Source: a virus. From it: a stretch of DNA of 64,000 bases. A program made the position numbers and the translations under genes. The notes below the pieces were generated by a model. That model saw only the letters and a list, made by a program, of their open reading frames with translations, was not told where the DNA came from and searched no databases. The stretch lies in UHGV virus genome UHGV-1376660; one strand, given 5' to 3'. Shown here one piece after another: positions 8,970 to 18,019 of the stretch (position 1 is its first letter; each line of letters begins with the position of its first letter).

Positions 8970-9054
8970 GATTAACCCCTTAAACAATTTGTTTTCTTGT
9001 TGGTGTTATTATCTCAAATAACAAAAGGCAGAAAACAAGATGTTTAAGGGATGA

Positions 9055-9321
9055 TTAGGTGAGTTTGAAGTCGTCTATGTCATCAACAAACTCCATATAC
9101 CTGGCTTCGACACTCGACAATCTGATCAGATACGCAAGCCCGTAACTAAGTGAAGTGGGTTGCTCCAGCACAAATTCGAACCCATCATCATGCGTTTTGC
9201 CAAGCCAGAATCCCCCACCGTATTCTTTTTCACGTTGGAAGAAAACGAACTGTCCTGGTATCAGGTGTTTGAGTGCTTCGCCTCTATAGACGATCTCATA
9301 TTTGGAATTCTTGCTGCCCAT
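9055..9321 (-). CDS. hypothetical protein (88 aa)
   Basis: ATG at 9321 preceded by a G-rich RBS. Confidence 0.45.
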   Translation of the reverse strand: MGSKNSKYEIVYRGEALKHLIPGQFVFFQREKEYGGGFWLGKTHDDGFEFVLEQPTSLSYGLAYLIRLSSVEARYMEFVDDIDDFKLT

Positions 9322-9509
9322 TTTCCCGCCCCACAATACTGTATAAATAAACAGTAGTGCTTATTGCAGTACCGGTCAACTTTGCGGGTTAAGGGAATAA
9401 CAAGGTGGTGAAAACAATTTGTTTCGGCACTTGAGATTTTGCAAATCGCACATACATGGAAAACGGCAATTTTTGAAACCTGATTTGACCCAAGTGAAAG
9501 GAGGAAACG

Positions 9510-9713
9510 ATGAAGACCTATGATCGCAACCGTAACGCTATCACTACCGGCAGCCGAGTGATGGTGGCAACGAATGGTGCAACGGGAGTCATCAAGGAAA
9601 TCAGCGGAGAAGGCAAATCAGAAGAACAATTACGCCGTTCTGACTGCGTGTCTATCGAAGGTGTGGAAGGTCTGTTCTGCCCAATGGATTTAGTTCGCCT
9701 GGGGTTCCATTAA
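9510..9713 (+). CDS. hypothetical protein (67 aa), plus strand
   Basis: Strong AAAGGAGGAAACG-ATG RBS; terminator hairpin at 9743-9764. Confidence 0.55.
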   Translation: MKTYDRNRNAITTGSRVMVATNGATGVIKEISGEGKSEEQLRRSDCVSIEGVEGLFCPMDLVRLGFH

Positions 9714-9742
9714 TTTCACCACCTATAAAACAAATTGTTTAA

Positions 9743-9764
9743 GGCCACAACCAGTGGCCTTTTT
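9743..9764. terminator. bidirectional terminator GGCCACAACCAGTGGCC + T5
   Basis: Hairpin between the convergent 9510..9713(+) and 9774..10061(-) genes. Confidence 0.6.
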
Positions 9765-9773
9765 GATTTCTGC

Positions 9774-10061
9774 TTAGTGGCTTCTGAATCCATTACAACC
9801 GCGAAGAAACTCAACGATATAGCGCTTCATCTTCTCTGGTTCGTCTCCCGACCATCCATCTGGTGGTGTCCACGCTTCGACAATATCAGCCATCTTTTTC
9901 GCTTTGGCTGGCGTCACATTTAGAGGGTCGTTGGTGTGCTGCTGGTTAACCAGGCTCTCCATGCCCGGAATGTCCAGTATCGTAAACCAGGTTCCGTTAG
10001 CAAGATCAAGACCAGGGATACGCTGTCCACTACGTCGTTTGTCTACAAGAGAAACCGTCAT
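9774..10061 (-). CDS. hypothetical protein (95 aa)
   Basis: ATG at 10061. Confidence 0.45.
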   Translation of the reverse strand: MTVSLVDKRRSGQRIPGLDLANGTWFTILDIPGMESLVNQQHTNDPLNVTPAKAKKMADIVEAWTPPDGWSGDEPEKMKRYIVEFLRGCNGFRSH

Positions 10062-10366
10062 CTCAAGTCCTCAGTACGCAAATTTGCAGGTAAAGTGATT
10101 GCCACACTCGGGGCTGGGGCTTCTTCGGCGCTGGTTTTGGTCTCCAGTTCGGATACACGCTTGCGCAGCGCCTCGATTTCAGCAGCCATGTAGTAACCGA
10201 CCATAGCGAAGACAGCGAAAGAGTTGTCCGCCTCATCCGGAGACACGGAAGCCATCAGCAGACCATCGTGCATGTTCTGGCTGCCGTCAGTAATGGAGAC
10301 CGCATACGAATCACTGGTTTCACGTTTATACAGTACGACGACCGGGTTCTTGATTTTCTCTCTCAT
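10058..10366 (-). CDS. hypothetical protein (about 102 aa)
   Basis: ATG at 10366 with an AAGAGG RBS. Confidence 0.45.
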   Translation of the reverse strand: MREKIKNPVVVLYKRETSDSYAVSITDGSQNMHDGLLMASVSPDEADNSFAVFAMVGYYMAAEIEALRKRVSELETKTSAEEAPAPSVAITLPANLRTEDLR

Positions 10367-10377
10367 CACGATGCCTC

Positions 10378-10920
10378 TTACTTATTACCTAATTTGTCCA
10401 ACTCTTTCAGCCCATCACGTACCGCGTTCACGATACGCTCCAGGTATTGGTATTTGGGGTTTGGCACCGTTGGCCAACCGGCATACCACGGATCGTCGCC
10501 AAACAGACTCAACAGTTCGTTACCGACACCGAAACAGCAGCAACTTTCTTTTACGTCATCAGCGTTTTCTGCCTCGTCCCACATATTGCGGGCCTGTTCT
10601 GCGTCGATTTCTCTCCCCCTGCGCAACTTTATGATTTCGGATTTGACGAAAAGCAGGTTTGCGTCGTTGTCATCGTCGACCGTACTCAGCAGTTGAGGGT
10701 CGAGGCAACCAATCAAATAATCGTTGCTCACTCTCTTAATAAACGTCTGCACATCGTCACCGCCCATCGCAAACCAGGCAGCAGTCCACGCTTTCCCATA
10801 GCAGGTGATGGTGACTCTTCCCTTGCCCGGCTCGTAGTTTTCAATCATTACGCGTACCGGGTCGAGACGCTCCAGATGAGTCAGCACAAAGGAAAGAACA
10901 TCTAATTTTTCGACCTTCAT
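10378..10920 (-). CDS. hypothetical protein (180 aa)
   Basis: ATG at 10920 with a GGGAGG RBS; ATGA overlap with the upstream hydrolase gene. Confidence 0.5.
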   Translation of the reverse strand: MKVEKLDVLSFVLTHLERLDPVRVMIENYEPGKGRVTITCYGKAWTAAWFAMGGDDVQTFIKRVSNDYLIGCLDPQLLSTVDDDNDANLLFVKSEIIKLRRGREIDAEQARNMWDEAENADDVKESCCCFGVGNELLSLFGDDPWYAGWPTVPNPKYQYLERIVNAVRDGLKELDKLGNK

Positions 10921-11558
10921 GCGACCTCCCACGCGTTCCAGATCAGCGCTTTGTGTTTTTCATAACGTTTGGTGTGTACCGGTTGCAGACTGGCAATGCC
11001 TTTCGTCACCATAGCCCGGGCGTGTATCAGCAACGAATGCTCTATGCCTTTTTTCTCCAGGTACTCGACAACACCGGCATCGGCACCAATCTCCTTGCCG
11101 TCAAATAGTACGGCCAGCATCAGCTCTTTCTCTGCGAGGTAGATGGCTGAGAACTCAGGATCGCAACTCACGATAGAAGAGGTGTTGTCCAGCAGGTCAG
11201 CCAGCTTGATCATGCGCGTCTGCATGTCGAGGCTTTGCTCCAGCTCCCGGACGTTGATGATGAAGCGCTGTATTCGATTGCCGTCTTCTGGTCTGGCAAT
11301 GTTGGTCAGAGCCAGAACCATTTCGGCTACGTGCTCACCGAAGTGCTCACGAACCATCTCTATGGTGACATGGGTATCTTCGACCACATCATGCAGCAGC
11401 GCCGCGATCTGCATCTCCACGGTTCCACCATGCCAGGCAACAATCTCGCGAACAGCAACCGGGTGGTTGATGTAGTCTTCACCGGTATATTTTCTTTTCT
11501 GGCCAACGCCGCCATGAGCGCCAGCGGCAAACATATGGGCTTTGGAAATACGGGACAT
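10917..11558 (-). CDS. small alarmone hydrolase: HD-domain (p)ppGpp hydrolase, SpoT/Mesh1-like
   Basis: Motif YINHPVAVREIV...IAALLHDVVEDT...FGEHVAEMV matches the RelA/SpoT hydrolase HD domain. ATG at 11558 with a GGAG RBS. Confidence 0.7.
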   Translation of the reverse strand: MSRISKAHMFAAGAHGGVGQKRKYTGEDYINHPVAVREIVAWHGGTVEMQIAALLHDVVEDTHVTIEMVREHFGEHVAEMVLALTNIARPEDGNRIQRFIINVRELEQSLDMQTRMIKLADLLDNTSSIVSCDPEFSAIYLAEKELMLAVLFDGKEIGADAGVVEYLEKKGIEHSLLIHARAMVTKGIASLQPVHTKRYEKHKALIWNAWEVA

Positions 11559-11628
11559 TCTTAACTCCGTTGTTTTCTGGATGCAGTTATTTTCGCAGAT
11601 AAGAAAAGGTAGAAAACAAATTGTTAAA

Positions 11629-11644
11629 GGCCACAATAGTGGCC
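11629..11644. terminator. hairpin GGCCACAATAGTGGCC
   Basis: GGCCAC..GTGGCC family; lies after the stop of 11650..12021. Confidence 0.45.
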
Positions 11645-11649
11645 TTCAT

Positions 11650-12021
11650 TTACTCAGCGATAAGCGATCCAATCATCGCCTGTAGCTCTCGTTCTTTTTC
11701 TTTGGCTACGCGGAGTAATTCGGCATCTACATGACGTTGCAGCTTATCCATTACGCGGAACGACGGACGGCGCATGACGCTCTCGTCGATGGCTTTGGTA
11801 TTCAAGCTAATAAGATGCCCGAAGTGGTTGAAGCCAGCCCCGACGAACACTTCATATAGCTGGGCATCGCGCTCAAACAGAGCGATCCCATTTCGCACCT
11901 CAAGCAGCGTTCCTTCCTCAATAAGCGTATCCAGCGCCTTATCCCAGACCGGACAAAAGCGATAATTGAAACCTTCCAGTAATGCTGTAAAAAACAGCGA
12001 AACGGCATTACCCAACTTCAT
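11650..12021 (-). CDS. hypothetical protein (123 aa)
   Basis: ATG at 12021 with an AAGGAAG RBS. Confidence 0.5.
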   Translation of the reverse strand: MKLGNAVSLFFTALLEGFNYRFCPVWDKALDTLIEEGTLLEVRNGIALFERDAQLYEVFVGAGFNHFGHLISLNTKAIDESVMRRPSFRVMDKLQRHVDAELLRVAKEKERELQAMIGSLIAE

Positions 12022-12023
12022 AG

Positions 12024-12305
12024 TTACTCTTCCTTACTCCTTGCTCTGTTAGCCTGCACTTCCTTAGCCAGCTCGTAGGTAATTTTGCACGGCACAATCA
12101 TCGCCCAGCCTTTTTCGTGGCTGTTAATCACCTGCTGAACATGGCCGTCTGTAATGGGCAGATCCGGCAACTGTTTAAAAACTTCCATCTGCTCATGGAT
12201 ATGCAGAAACCACCTTGCCAACTCCATCTGCTCGCCACGGGTGAGGGGATTATCCAGCGGAGACTTAACAAAAGCGGAGACTCGCTCGACAAGCAGATCA
12301 TTCAT
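12024..12305 (-). CDS. hypothetical protein (93 aa)
   Basis: ATG at 12305 overlaps the stop of the upstream gene as ATGA. Confidence 0.45.
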   Translation of the reverse strand: MNDLLVERVSAFVKSPLDNPLTRGEQMELARWFLHIHEQMEVFKQLPDLPITDGHVQQVINSHEKGWAMIVPCKITYELAKEVQANRARSKEE

Positions 12306-12991
12306 GCCGCGCACCTCTCTGCTTTCTCCTGCAATTCGCGAACGTACTCGACCAAAGAGCCACCTGGAGGGATCTGGCATTCCTCAACCAACTGGAAGTA
12401 GATGTCTGCGGCCGCGCGTGTGTTCGAGCCTTTATTCAGCTGTTCTTCGCGCAGCGCATCACGTTCGTTGATCAAACGGACGCACTCGCCGTTACGCTGA
12501 TCCACAACGGCCTCAAGTTCAGCGATGCGTTCGCCTGGCGTCTTACCTTCTTTACGCTGGATGGTGACGGTAAACTCGCCCATTTCAGGAACGTTGTACC
12601 CCAGCTCCAGGTAATTTCTGGCGCCGCTGCGGACGAACTCACCTGCGAACATGGTGGCGAACATCGCAGAGGCCATCTCTCCTTTGAAAAGCGACTCCAG
12701 ATCTAACGGAGTGCCGGCAGCCAGAGCCTCTTTTGCTGTGTCCATTGCGCCCATGAACCGGTCAAACTCATTGGCGCGTTTCTCAAGGTCTCTCCACTGC
12801 TGGCTCCAACGGCGTGCCAGATGTTCGATAAAAACCTGCGCCGATTCATCAAAGTTACCTTCGAACGTCACAAGCTCCTTGTCAATTTTGATGGTTCCGG
12901 CAGGCGTTCCTGCGTTCCCCTGTAGCACTAAATTAAATGGCAGCTTCGCCTGATTAACGCTGGCGAATGTAATTCTCGATTTTCCGCTCAT
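12302..12991 (-). CDS. hypothetical protein (229 aa)
   Basis: ATG at 12991 with an AGAGGTAAA RBS; class 2 palindrome at 13033-13053 upstream. Confidence 0.55.
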   Translation of the reverse strand: MSGKSRITFASVNQAKLPFNLVLQGNAGTPAGTIKIDKELVTFEGNFDESAQVFIEHLARRWSQQWRDLEKRANEFDRFMGAMDTAKEALAAGTPLDLESLFKGEMASAMFATMFAGEFVRSGARNYLELGYNVPEMGEFTVTIQRKEGKTPGERIAELEAVVDQRNGECVRLINERDALREEQLNKGSNTRAAADIYFQLVEECQIPPGGSLVEYVRELQEKAERCAA

Positions 12992-13049
12992 GTGTTTACC
13001 TCTGATAAAGTGGCTCTATTCTTACATAAATTAGGTAAGTATTTACCTA

Positions 13050-14735
13050 TCATTTTACGCGTTTGAAAACGTATACGCTGACAGTGATTCCGGTGTCTTC
13101 AAACTCGTCAGTAAACGACTTCCCTTTGGCATAAACGTAATTATCCAGCGTCATCCAGTTCAGAACTGGCGCATCACCCGGCAGTACTGCCACCAGTCGC
13201 CCGCCGACTTTAAGATGCTCCAGCGCGGCCAGCGTATGCTCTCTGTGACGGCCAAGAGAGTAGGGCGGGTTCATGACGATTTTGTCGAACTGATAGCCTG
13301 CGTTGTCCTCAGACCACTTCATGAAGTCACAGCAGACCGTATTTGTGTACCCCTTGCCAAGCAGGATATCAGCGAAGAGAGGTGCGACTTCTATGCAGGT
13401 AACGTCTTCCGGATTGGCGTCGATGCAGGCCAACAGATCTCCGCGCCCGGCTTCAGGCTCCAGCAGCTTCTCACCTGGCTTCAGCTCGATGGCTCTGGCA
13501 ACGTACTCCGCTATCAAACGTGGGGTAGGGTAGAACTGGTGTGATTTTGTATCCGGTATTAAGCCGGTGGCCACAATCGTATTGAGCGTATGGCCGATCT
13601 CATACGGGAACTGCCAGTGCTTTTTCTCCTGCACGCCGCCAATGAAGTTCAGTGTGCGCTCAAGCTCTTCCACCTGTGACTTCTGTAGGTTGGAATCAGA
13701 GAAGTACCAGACGCCTTTGTCTTTGCTGAATCGCCCGTCGCGCAGCGCGGTACGAACCGGCTCGGAGATCGTCTTCTGGATTAACCCGAACTCTTTTGGT
13801 GCCCGTGTTTTGGGTGCAGTACGGCATGGCGCCGGGATTGCTGCAGGCATACTGTAAGCCAGCACCTCATTCAGCTTCCAGGCCACGTCAGGATGTATTT
13901 CAAAGTGAACGTTGCCGTTCTTGAACATCTTCACGCGCATCAGGTTTCCGTCGACATTCATCCAGTCACCGGTCTGGCAGTCGTTTGCCCGGTACGCAGC
14001 TGATAGCATCTCAGTTGTGCGGTTGATGGTGATGAACTCTTTGTGTGCGAAGAAATGAAGCATGACGCGCAGGTCGTCGATGTAGTCCTCTTTCCGGTAG
14101 TTCACGCTGACGCTGTCCCGCCAGAACTCGGAAATGCAGTTGGCGATGATCAGACGCTCGCTAAAGCCGTTCGTCTTATTGGTCTTGTGGGCAGGACTCA
14201 GCGCTTTAAACAAGCCATACACGCGCTCAGAGAGATATTTGTGCCTGTCATTCAGCAGATTGAGCATCGTTGGGATGACCGTTTCTGCTTTAAACTCCGG
14301 CACACCAACGAACTCCTTAACCTTCATCTGGTAGCCGGTTCTGTCAGTCCTGATGGTCTCCTGCTTGCCCTCGATAAACTGCTCACGCCACTCGTCGCGG
14401 CGGGAAGCTGGCATGATCAGCAGAACGTTTGTCATATCCGTGACCTTCTTCCAGTACTCGGCCCAGATATTCTGTTTCACCCATTCAAGGTCGACCTTGT
14501 CCAGCCAGGCTCTGTTAAAGCGTGTGCGCTCGTCATCCGGCCGGTGGTTGAGTCGCAGCAGGCGGTTAATCATGTTGTGGCGTTCGTCGCCATAAACGAA
14601 GTCGTGAACCTGATGCATGAATGCGATCTCTTTCTCGCACTCGGCCACAATTTCGTGGATGACGTTCATTTCCTGCCGGTAGTCGATATCAGTGTTTGGG
14701 GTGATAGCGTCAATGATGGAAAGGGCTGTATTCAT
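13050..14735 (-). CDS. DNA methyltransferase (C-terminal N6A/N4C NPPY-type domain) with a roughly 370 aa N-terminal domain of unknown function
   Basis: C-terminal EPEAGRGDL (motif I) and IVMNPPY (motif IV). ATG at 14735; the track start at 14753 is TTG. Confidence 0.65.
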   Translation of the reverse strand: MNTALSIIDAITPNTDIDYRQEMNVIHEIVAECEKEIAFMHQVHDFVYGDERHNMINRLLRLNHRPDDERTRFNRAWLDKVDLEWVKQNIWAEYWKKVTDMTNVLLIMPASRRDEWREQFIEGKQETIRTDRTGYQMKVKEFVGVPEFKAETVIPTMLNLLNDRHKYLSERVYGLFKALSPAHKTNKTNGFSERLIIANCISEFWRDSVSVNYRKEDYIDDLRVMLHFFAHKEFITINRTTEMLSAAYRANDCQTGDWMNVDGNLMRVKMFKNGNVHFEIHPDVAWKLNEVLAYSMPAAIPAPCRTAPKTRAPKEFGLIQKTISEPVRTALRDGRFSKDKGVWYFSDSNLQKSQVEELERTLNFIGGVQEKKHWQFPYEIGHTLNTIVATGLIPDTKSHQFYPTPRLIAEYVARAIELKPGEKLLEPEAGRGDLLACIDANPEDVTCIEVAPLFADILLGKGYTNTVCCDFMKWSEDNAGYQFDKIVMNPPYSLGRHREHTLAALEHLKVGGRLVAVLPGDAPVLNWMTLDNYVYAKGKSFTDEFEDTGITVSVYVFKRVK

Positions 14736-14747
14736 GATTGCACCATT

Positions 14748-14780
14748 AAACAAATTGTTTTCTTGTTGGTGTTATTTTCC
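14748..14780 (-). promoter_or_regulatory. class 1 element upstream of the 567 aa methyltransferase gene
   Basis: AAACAAATTGTTTTCTTGTTGGTGTTATTTTCC. Confidence 0.55.
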
Positions 14781-14876
14781 CAAAGTTGAAAAGGCGTAAA
14801 AGCAGCATTCACAGGCGTTGCAGCTGATTTAAGGCGTAAAAAGGGGGGCTTTCGCCCCCTGTCGGCAGGTGAGAAA

Positions 14877-15449
14877 TTAGTGGTGTACGTGCTGCGTTTT
14901 GTGCGGCTGTTTGTTCAGGTCGTGGCGATGGGTCAGCTCGCGCATCATGTCTTCAAGACGGCTCTTGGTGTCGTCAAGCTGGTCGGCCATTGCCCCCAGC
15001 AGCTGGCGAACGGCCATCGGATCGTCGCTGTTCAGCTCAGGCATTTTGAATCCAGCCTGGGAAGACATCAGTTTGAAGGCGGCCAGCAACATCGCCAGAG
15101 AAGACTTCAACCCGGCGATTTCACGATCTTTGCTGGCGTTGGTTTCATCTGCCTTGACTGAATCCGGTGAGCACTTCGGCTTGCTTACCATTTCCAGAGT
15201 TGCCTGAAGTTTGTCGGCGCGTTCTTTCTCTTCCAGATACGCTTCGCCGAAATGACGCGCCAGCATCACAATTTCAATCGGATCATCAATCATGCTTGAG
15301 AACTTGAGAACGCTGAAAAGGCGGTCGATAGGGGAGGCGTCGTCTTCGTGACCAACCACAAGACCCATGATCTCAACCAGTTCGGCCGCACCAACTTTTT
15401 TAATCACGCTTTCAACTTTGGCATTAGTTTTTTTGCATTTTTCGCACAT
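14877..15449 (-). CDS. hypothetical protein (190 aa)
   Basis: ATG at 15449 with an AAGGAAAA RBS; class 1 motif at 15471-15500. Confidence 0.5.
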   Translation of the reverse strand: MCEKCKKTNAKVESVIKKVGAAELVEIMGLVVGHEDDASPIDRLFSVLKFSSMIDDPIEIVMLARHFGEAYLEEKERADKLQATLEMVSKPKCSPDSVKADETNASKDREIAGLKSSLAMLLAAFKLMSSQAGFKMPELNSDDPMAVRQLLGAMADQLDDTKSRLEDMMRELTHRHDLNKQPHKTQHVHH

Positions 15450-15557
15450 GTGTTTTTTCCTTATGTTTTTAAACAAGTTGTTTTCTCGATGGCGTTATCG
15501 TGGCGTGACTGAAAAGGTGGGCAAACGCTACGTAAAGGCGGACGCCCACACTGACGG

Positions 15558-16373
15558 TTAATGAAGACGTTTGGGTTCCTTCATTTCACGTTCGACATGC
15601 TCACGACACGGCTCATACTCAATGGCGCTGGCGGTAATTTTCCCGGCAGCAATTAGCTTCACGGCAGCAAAGCAAAGTCCTTTAAAGGTGAACTTGGCCT
15701 GGTTGCGTCCGTTTCCGATGACAACGTTTTTGCCATATCCGCGGTCAATGAAGATCTTGAGGAACTGGCGGTTAACAGTGGTGTATTTGCGCTTAACGTA
15801 CACATCACCCAGCGAGTCCATCAGCGCACCCAGAACAGCCCCGGACGTTCCGAGAATGCGACCAGCTTCATTCAGCCCATAAAGCTCATCAGCAGTGCCG
15901 CAAATGGTGTCCATGAGAATGGCTTTTGGTTTTGCGTTAGATAGTGCAACGCCTAACGCTTCGTTCTCTTTCTCCAGACGCTCGTTTTCCTCGACCTGGT
16001 GTAACAAATGAACCAGAGCCTCTTTATAGGTACGTGGAATAGCAGGCGTTCCGCGGTCGGCAAACATGGACTCAAGCTCTCGCCACCGATCAACAAGGCG
16101 TGCGGTAAATTCAGGAGAAAGCTGTGCCACGACAACGATGCTGTCGCGCTTACCCTGTTCGGCTTCGAACAAGTAAAACGTAGCCGGACGCCCGGCAGTG
16201 GGCTTTTCCACCATTGGTGGAAAAGTAATAACGCCGGATTTAGCGAGTCTTTCAATGGTGCGTTTTACGCTGTCATGGCGACTGCCGACCATTTCGGCGA
16301 TCTCCTGACTGGTCATCGATGGTTTGGCGTGTAAGCCTGTAGTGGTGGGAGTGTGTGCAGTTGCCTCAAACAT
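15558..16373 (-). CDS. phage antirepressor-type regulator (Rha-like N-terminus, KilA-C/ORF6C-like C-terminus)
   Basis: N-terminal MTSQEIAEMVGSRHDSVKRTIERL resembles the phage Rha family; C-terminal domain is typical of AntA/AntB proteins. Confidence 0.5.
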   Translation of the reverse strand: MFEATAHTPTTTGLHAKPSMTSQEIAEMVGSRHDSVKRTIERLAKSGVITFPPMVEKPTAGRPATFYLFEAEQGKRDSIVVVAQLSPEFTARLVDRWRELESMFADRGTPAIPRTYKEALVHLLHQVEENERLEKENEALGVALSNAKPKAILMDTICGTADELYGLNEAGRILGTSGAVLGALMDSLGDVYVKRKYTTVNRQFLKIFIDRGYGKNVVIGNGRNQAKFTFKGLCFAAVKLIAAGKITASAIEYEPCREHVEREMKEPKRLH

Positions 16374-16481
16374 ACATTCTCTATTCAGTGTAAAAAGGGC
16401 CGTCAGTGGCCCTTGTTGTTAACTCTCATTGGTTGATTGGCTAAACAATTTGTTTTAACAGTGCCGAAAAGAGATTTGGCA

Positions 16482-16670
16482 TCAAAAGAACCCGAGAATG
16501 CTGCCCACCGGAACAACGAAAATGCCCACGACACGCGCAAGTGTCATTCCGGCATCAAACTGAAGATCGCCACCGTTCACGAGTTTCACCAGATTCATGA
16601 TCCAGCCGCCAAGCAGAAAAATGGCGAGGCCAACAATCATCGCGGTGACTTTCTGGAAGCTCCATTTCAT
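16482..16670 (-). CDS. small membrane protein (62 aa, two hydrophobic segments)
   Basis: ATG at 16670; hydrophobic composition. Confidence 0.4.
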   Translation of the reverse strand: MKWSFQKVTAMIVGLAIFLLGGWIMNLVKLVNGGDLQFDAGMTLARVVGIFVVPVGSILGFF

Positions 16671-16918
16671 GCAATAGCCTCAGTCACAGCAGAAGGAAGA
16701 TCCGGAGTTGCAGGTCGAGCTGGAATCGTGTCCAGCAGCATCCCATCCAGAGAGACAGGAGGTCGTTCTGGCAGGGGTGTCGTCTGCAAGGTTGTGGTGG
16801 AAGTAGTTGTGTCCGGTATCAACAGACTCTGACCGGCTGGTATGGCTACCGCTGCCAGGGTTGCTAAAATTACTCCGTAGGCCATTGGCTTCAGTCGATT
16901 TCGTTGAAAATTTTCCAT
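16667..16918 (-). CDS. embedded ORF (83 aa) with a signal-like hydrophobic N-terminus and Thr/Pro-rich body
   Basis: ATG at 16918 with a good AAGGA RBS; lies inside 16680..17174 in another frame. Confidence 0.35.
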   Translation of the reverse strand: MENFQRNRLKPMAYGVILATLAAVAIPAGQSLLIPDTTTSTTTLQTTPLPERPPVSLDGMLLDTIPARPATPDLPSAVTEAIA

Positions 16919-17174
16919 GAGAACTGTCCTTGTGTTCCTGGGATTCACGCAACACACGAGAGGCGACGGAATCACGCACCTTCTCCATGCCTACTGTCGC
17001 GCCCAGATTTGCTATGGCGGTAGCTTGCGCATCAATGCGCTTCTCCAGCTCAAACACTCGTTCTTCCAGTTCCGCAAGGCGTGCAGAAACACGACCGCTA
17101 AACAGCTCGGCCAGAACCAGGCGAATTGAACGGGGACGTTTATTGAAAGAAGTGAAAGGCGTTTGACGTGCCAT
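16680..17174 (-). CDS. hypothetical protein with an N-terminal coiled coil; its C-terminal half may be an out-of-frame artefact
   Basis: ATG at 17174. The N-terminal 85 aa are heptad-like. The distal part is S/T/G-rich and overlaps the embedded ORF 16667..16918. Confidence 0.35.
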   Translation of the reverse strand: MARQTPFTSFNKRPRSIRLVLAELFSGRVSARLAELEERVFELEKRIDAQATAIANLGATVGMEKVRDSVASRVLRESQEHKDSSHGKFSTKSTEANGLRSNFSNPGSGSHTSRSESVDTGHNYFHHNLADDTPARTTSCLSGWDAAGHDSSSTCNSGSSFCCD

Positions 17175-17298
17175 TTGGATTCCATTCAGTGTCAGAAAGA
17201 GTTGCGGCTGGCCAAGCCAGCCGCCTTTTGGCGTTCCATCCTGGAACAGTACCTAACCGGTACTTCGTCATCCTGACGAACGGTAAGATACCTGATTT

Positions 17299-17330
17299 AA
17301 AATGATAGGTAAATACTTACCTATCATTTT
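17299..17330. promoter_or_regulatory. class 2 element: 24 bp perfect palindrome TGATAGGTAAATACTTACCTATCA flanked by A4/T4
   Basis: One of at least 14 copies of this palindrome in intergenic gaps. Confidence 0.55.
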
Positions 17331-17925
17331 GTGACAAAAATCCAATGTCACGCTTGTGAGGCATATCAGCTGCGGAGTAGGCGGCGATCTTCGCCAGGCG
17401 GTCACACATTTCGTTCTCGCGATGACCGGCATGACCTTTAACCCACTTCCAGCGGACATTGTGACGGCTGGCGGCCGCATCGAGACGTTTCCAGAGATCG
17501 ACGTTTTTGACTGGCTTCTTCTCAGACGTGATCCATCCGTTACGCTTCCAGCCTTTCATCCAGAGCGTCATGCCGTTTTTAAGATACTGGCTGTCGGAAT
17601 GCAGGATCACATTGCAGGGGTACTTCAGACGCTCCAGCGCAATCAGGGCGCCCATCATCTCCATCCGATTGTTGGTCGTGCTGTGGAAACCCTCAGAAAG
17701 CTCGCGCTCTTCACCTCGATACTGGAGAACGATGCCGTAACCGCCAGGCCCGCCCGGATTTTTGAGGCAAGAGCCATCACTGAATACTTTTACGGTTTTG
17801 AGCTGGGGATTGAACTCGACTACGGGGGTTTTGAAGTTGGTACGGGATTGCTGGTGGGTTTGGTATCTGGCTTTGGACTTCGTGCGGCAGCCAGTATGTT
17901 GCCGGGCTGGGGTCTTGGTCGTCAT
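17317..17925 (-). CDS. rnhA: ribonuclease HI with a basic N-terminal extension
   Basis: [17 protein letters not shown]...[11 protein letters not shown]...HSDSQYL...KNVDLW...[15 protein letters not shown] aligns closely with E. coli RnhA. Confidence 0.85.
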   Translation of the reverse strand: MTTKTPARQHTGCRTKSKARYQTHQQSRTNFKTPVVEFNPQLKTVKVFSDGSCLKNPGGPGGYGIVLQYRGEERELSEGFHSTTNNRMEMMGALIALERLKYPCNVILHSDSQYLKNGMTLWMKGWKRNGWITSEKKPVKNVDLWKRLDAAASRHNVRWKWVKGHAGHRENEMCDRLAKIAAYSAADMPHKRDIGFLSQNDR

Positions 17926-18019
17926 TTTGGCTCCAGAATCGCGCGCCGCGACGATTTTTTTTCCCTCGCGCGTGTGCGCACGCGTGCGTGTAAATATTAA
18001 AAATTTTTAGAAAAGAAAA

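Noticed and set aside
14043-14789. 248 aa plus-strand ORF, and many similar long ORFs opposite real genes (e.g. 17356..18000, 19052..19696, 21723..22460, 26891..27664, 48490..49020, 49030..49686)
   Set aside because: They lie antisense to well-supported conserved genes (MTase, rnhA, Dam-like MTase, kinase/folA, nrdA, dnaE), lack RBSs and have atypical composition. They are shadow ORFs.
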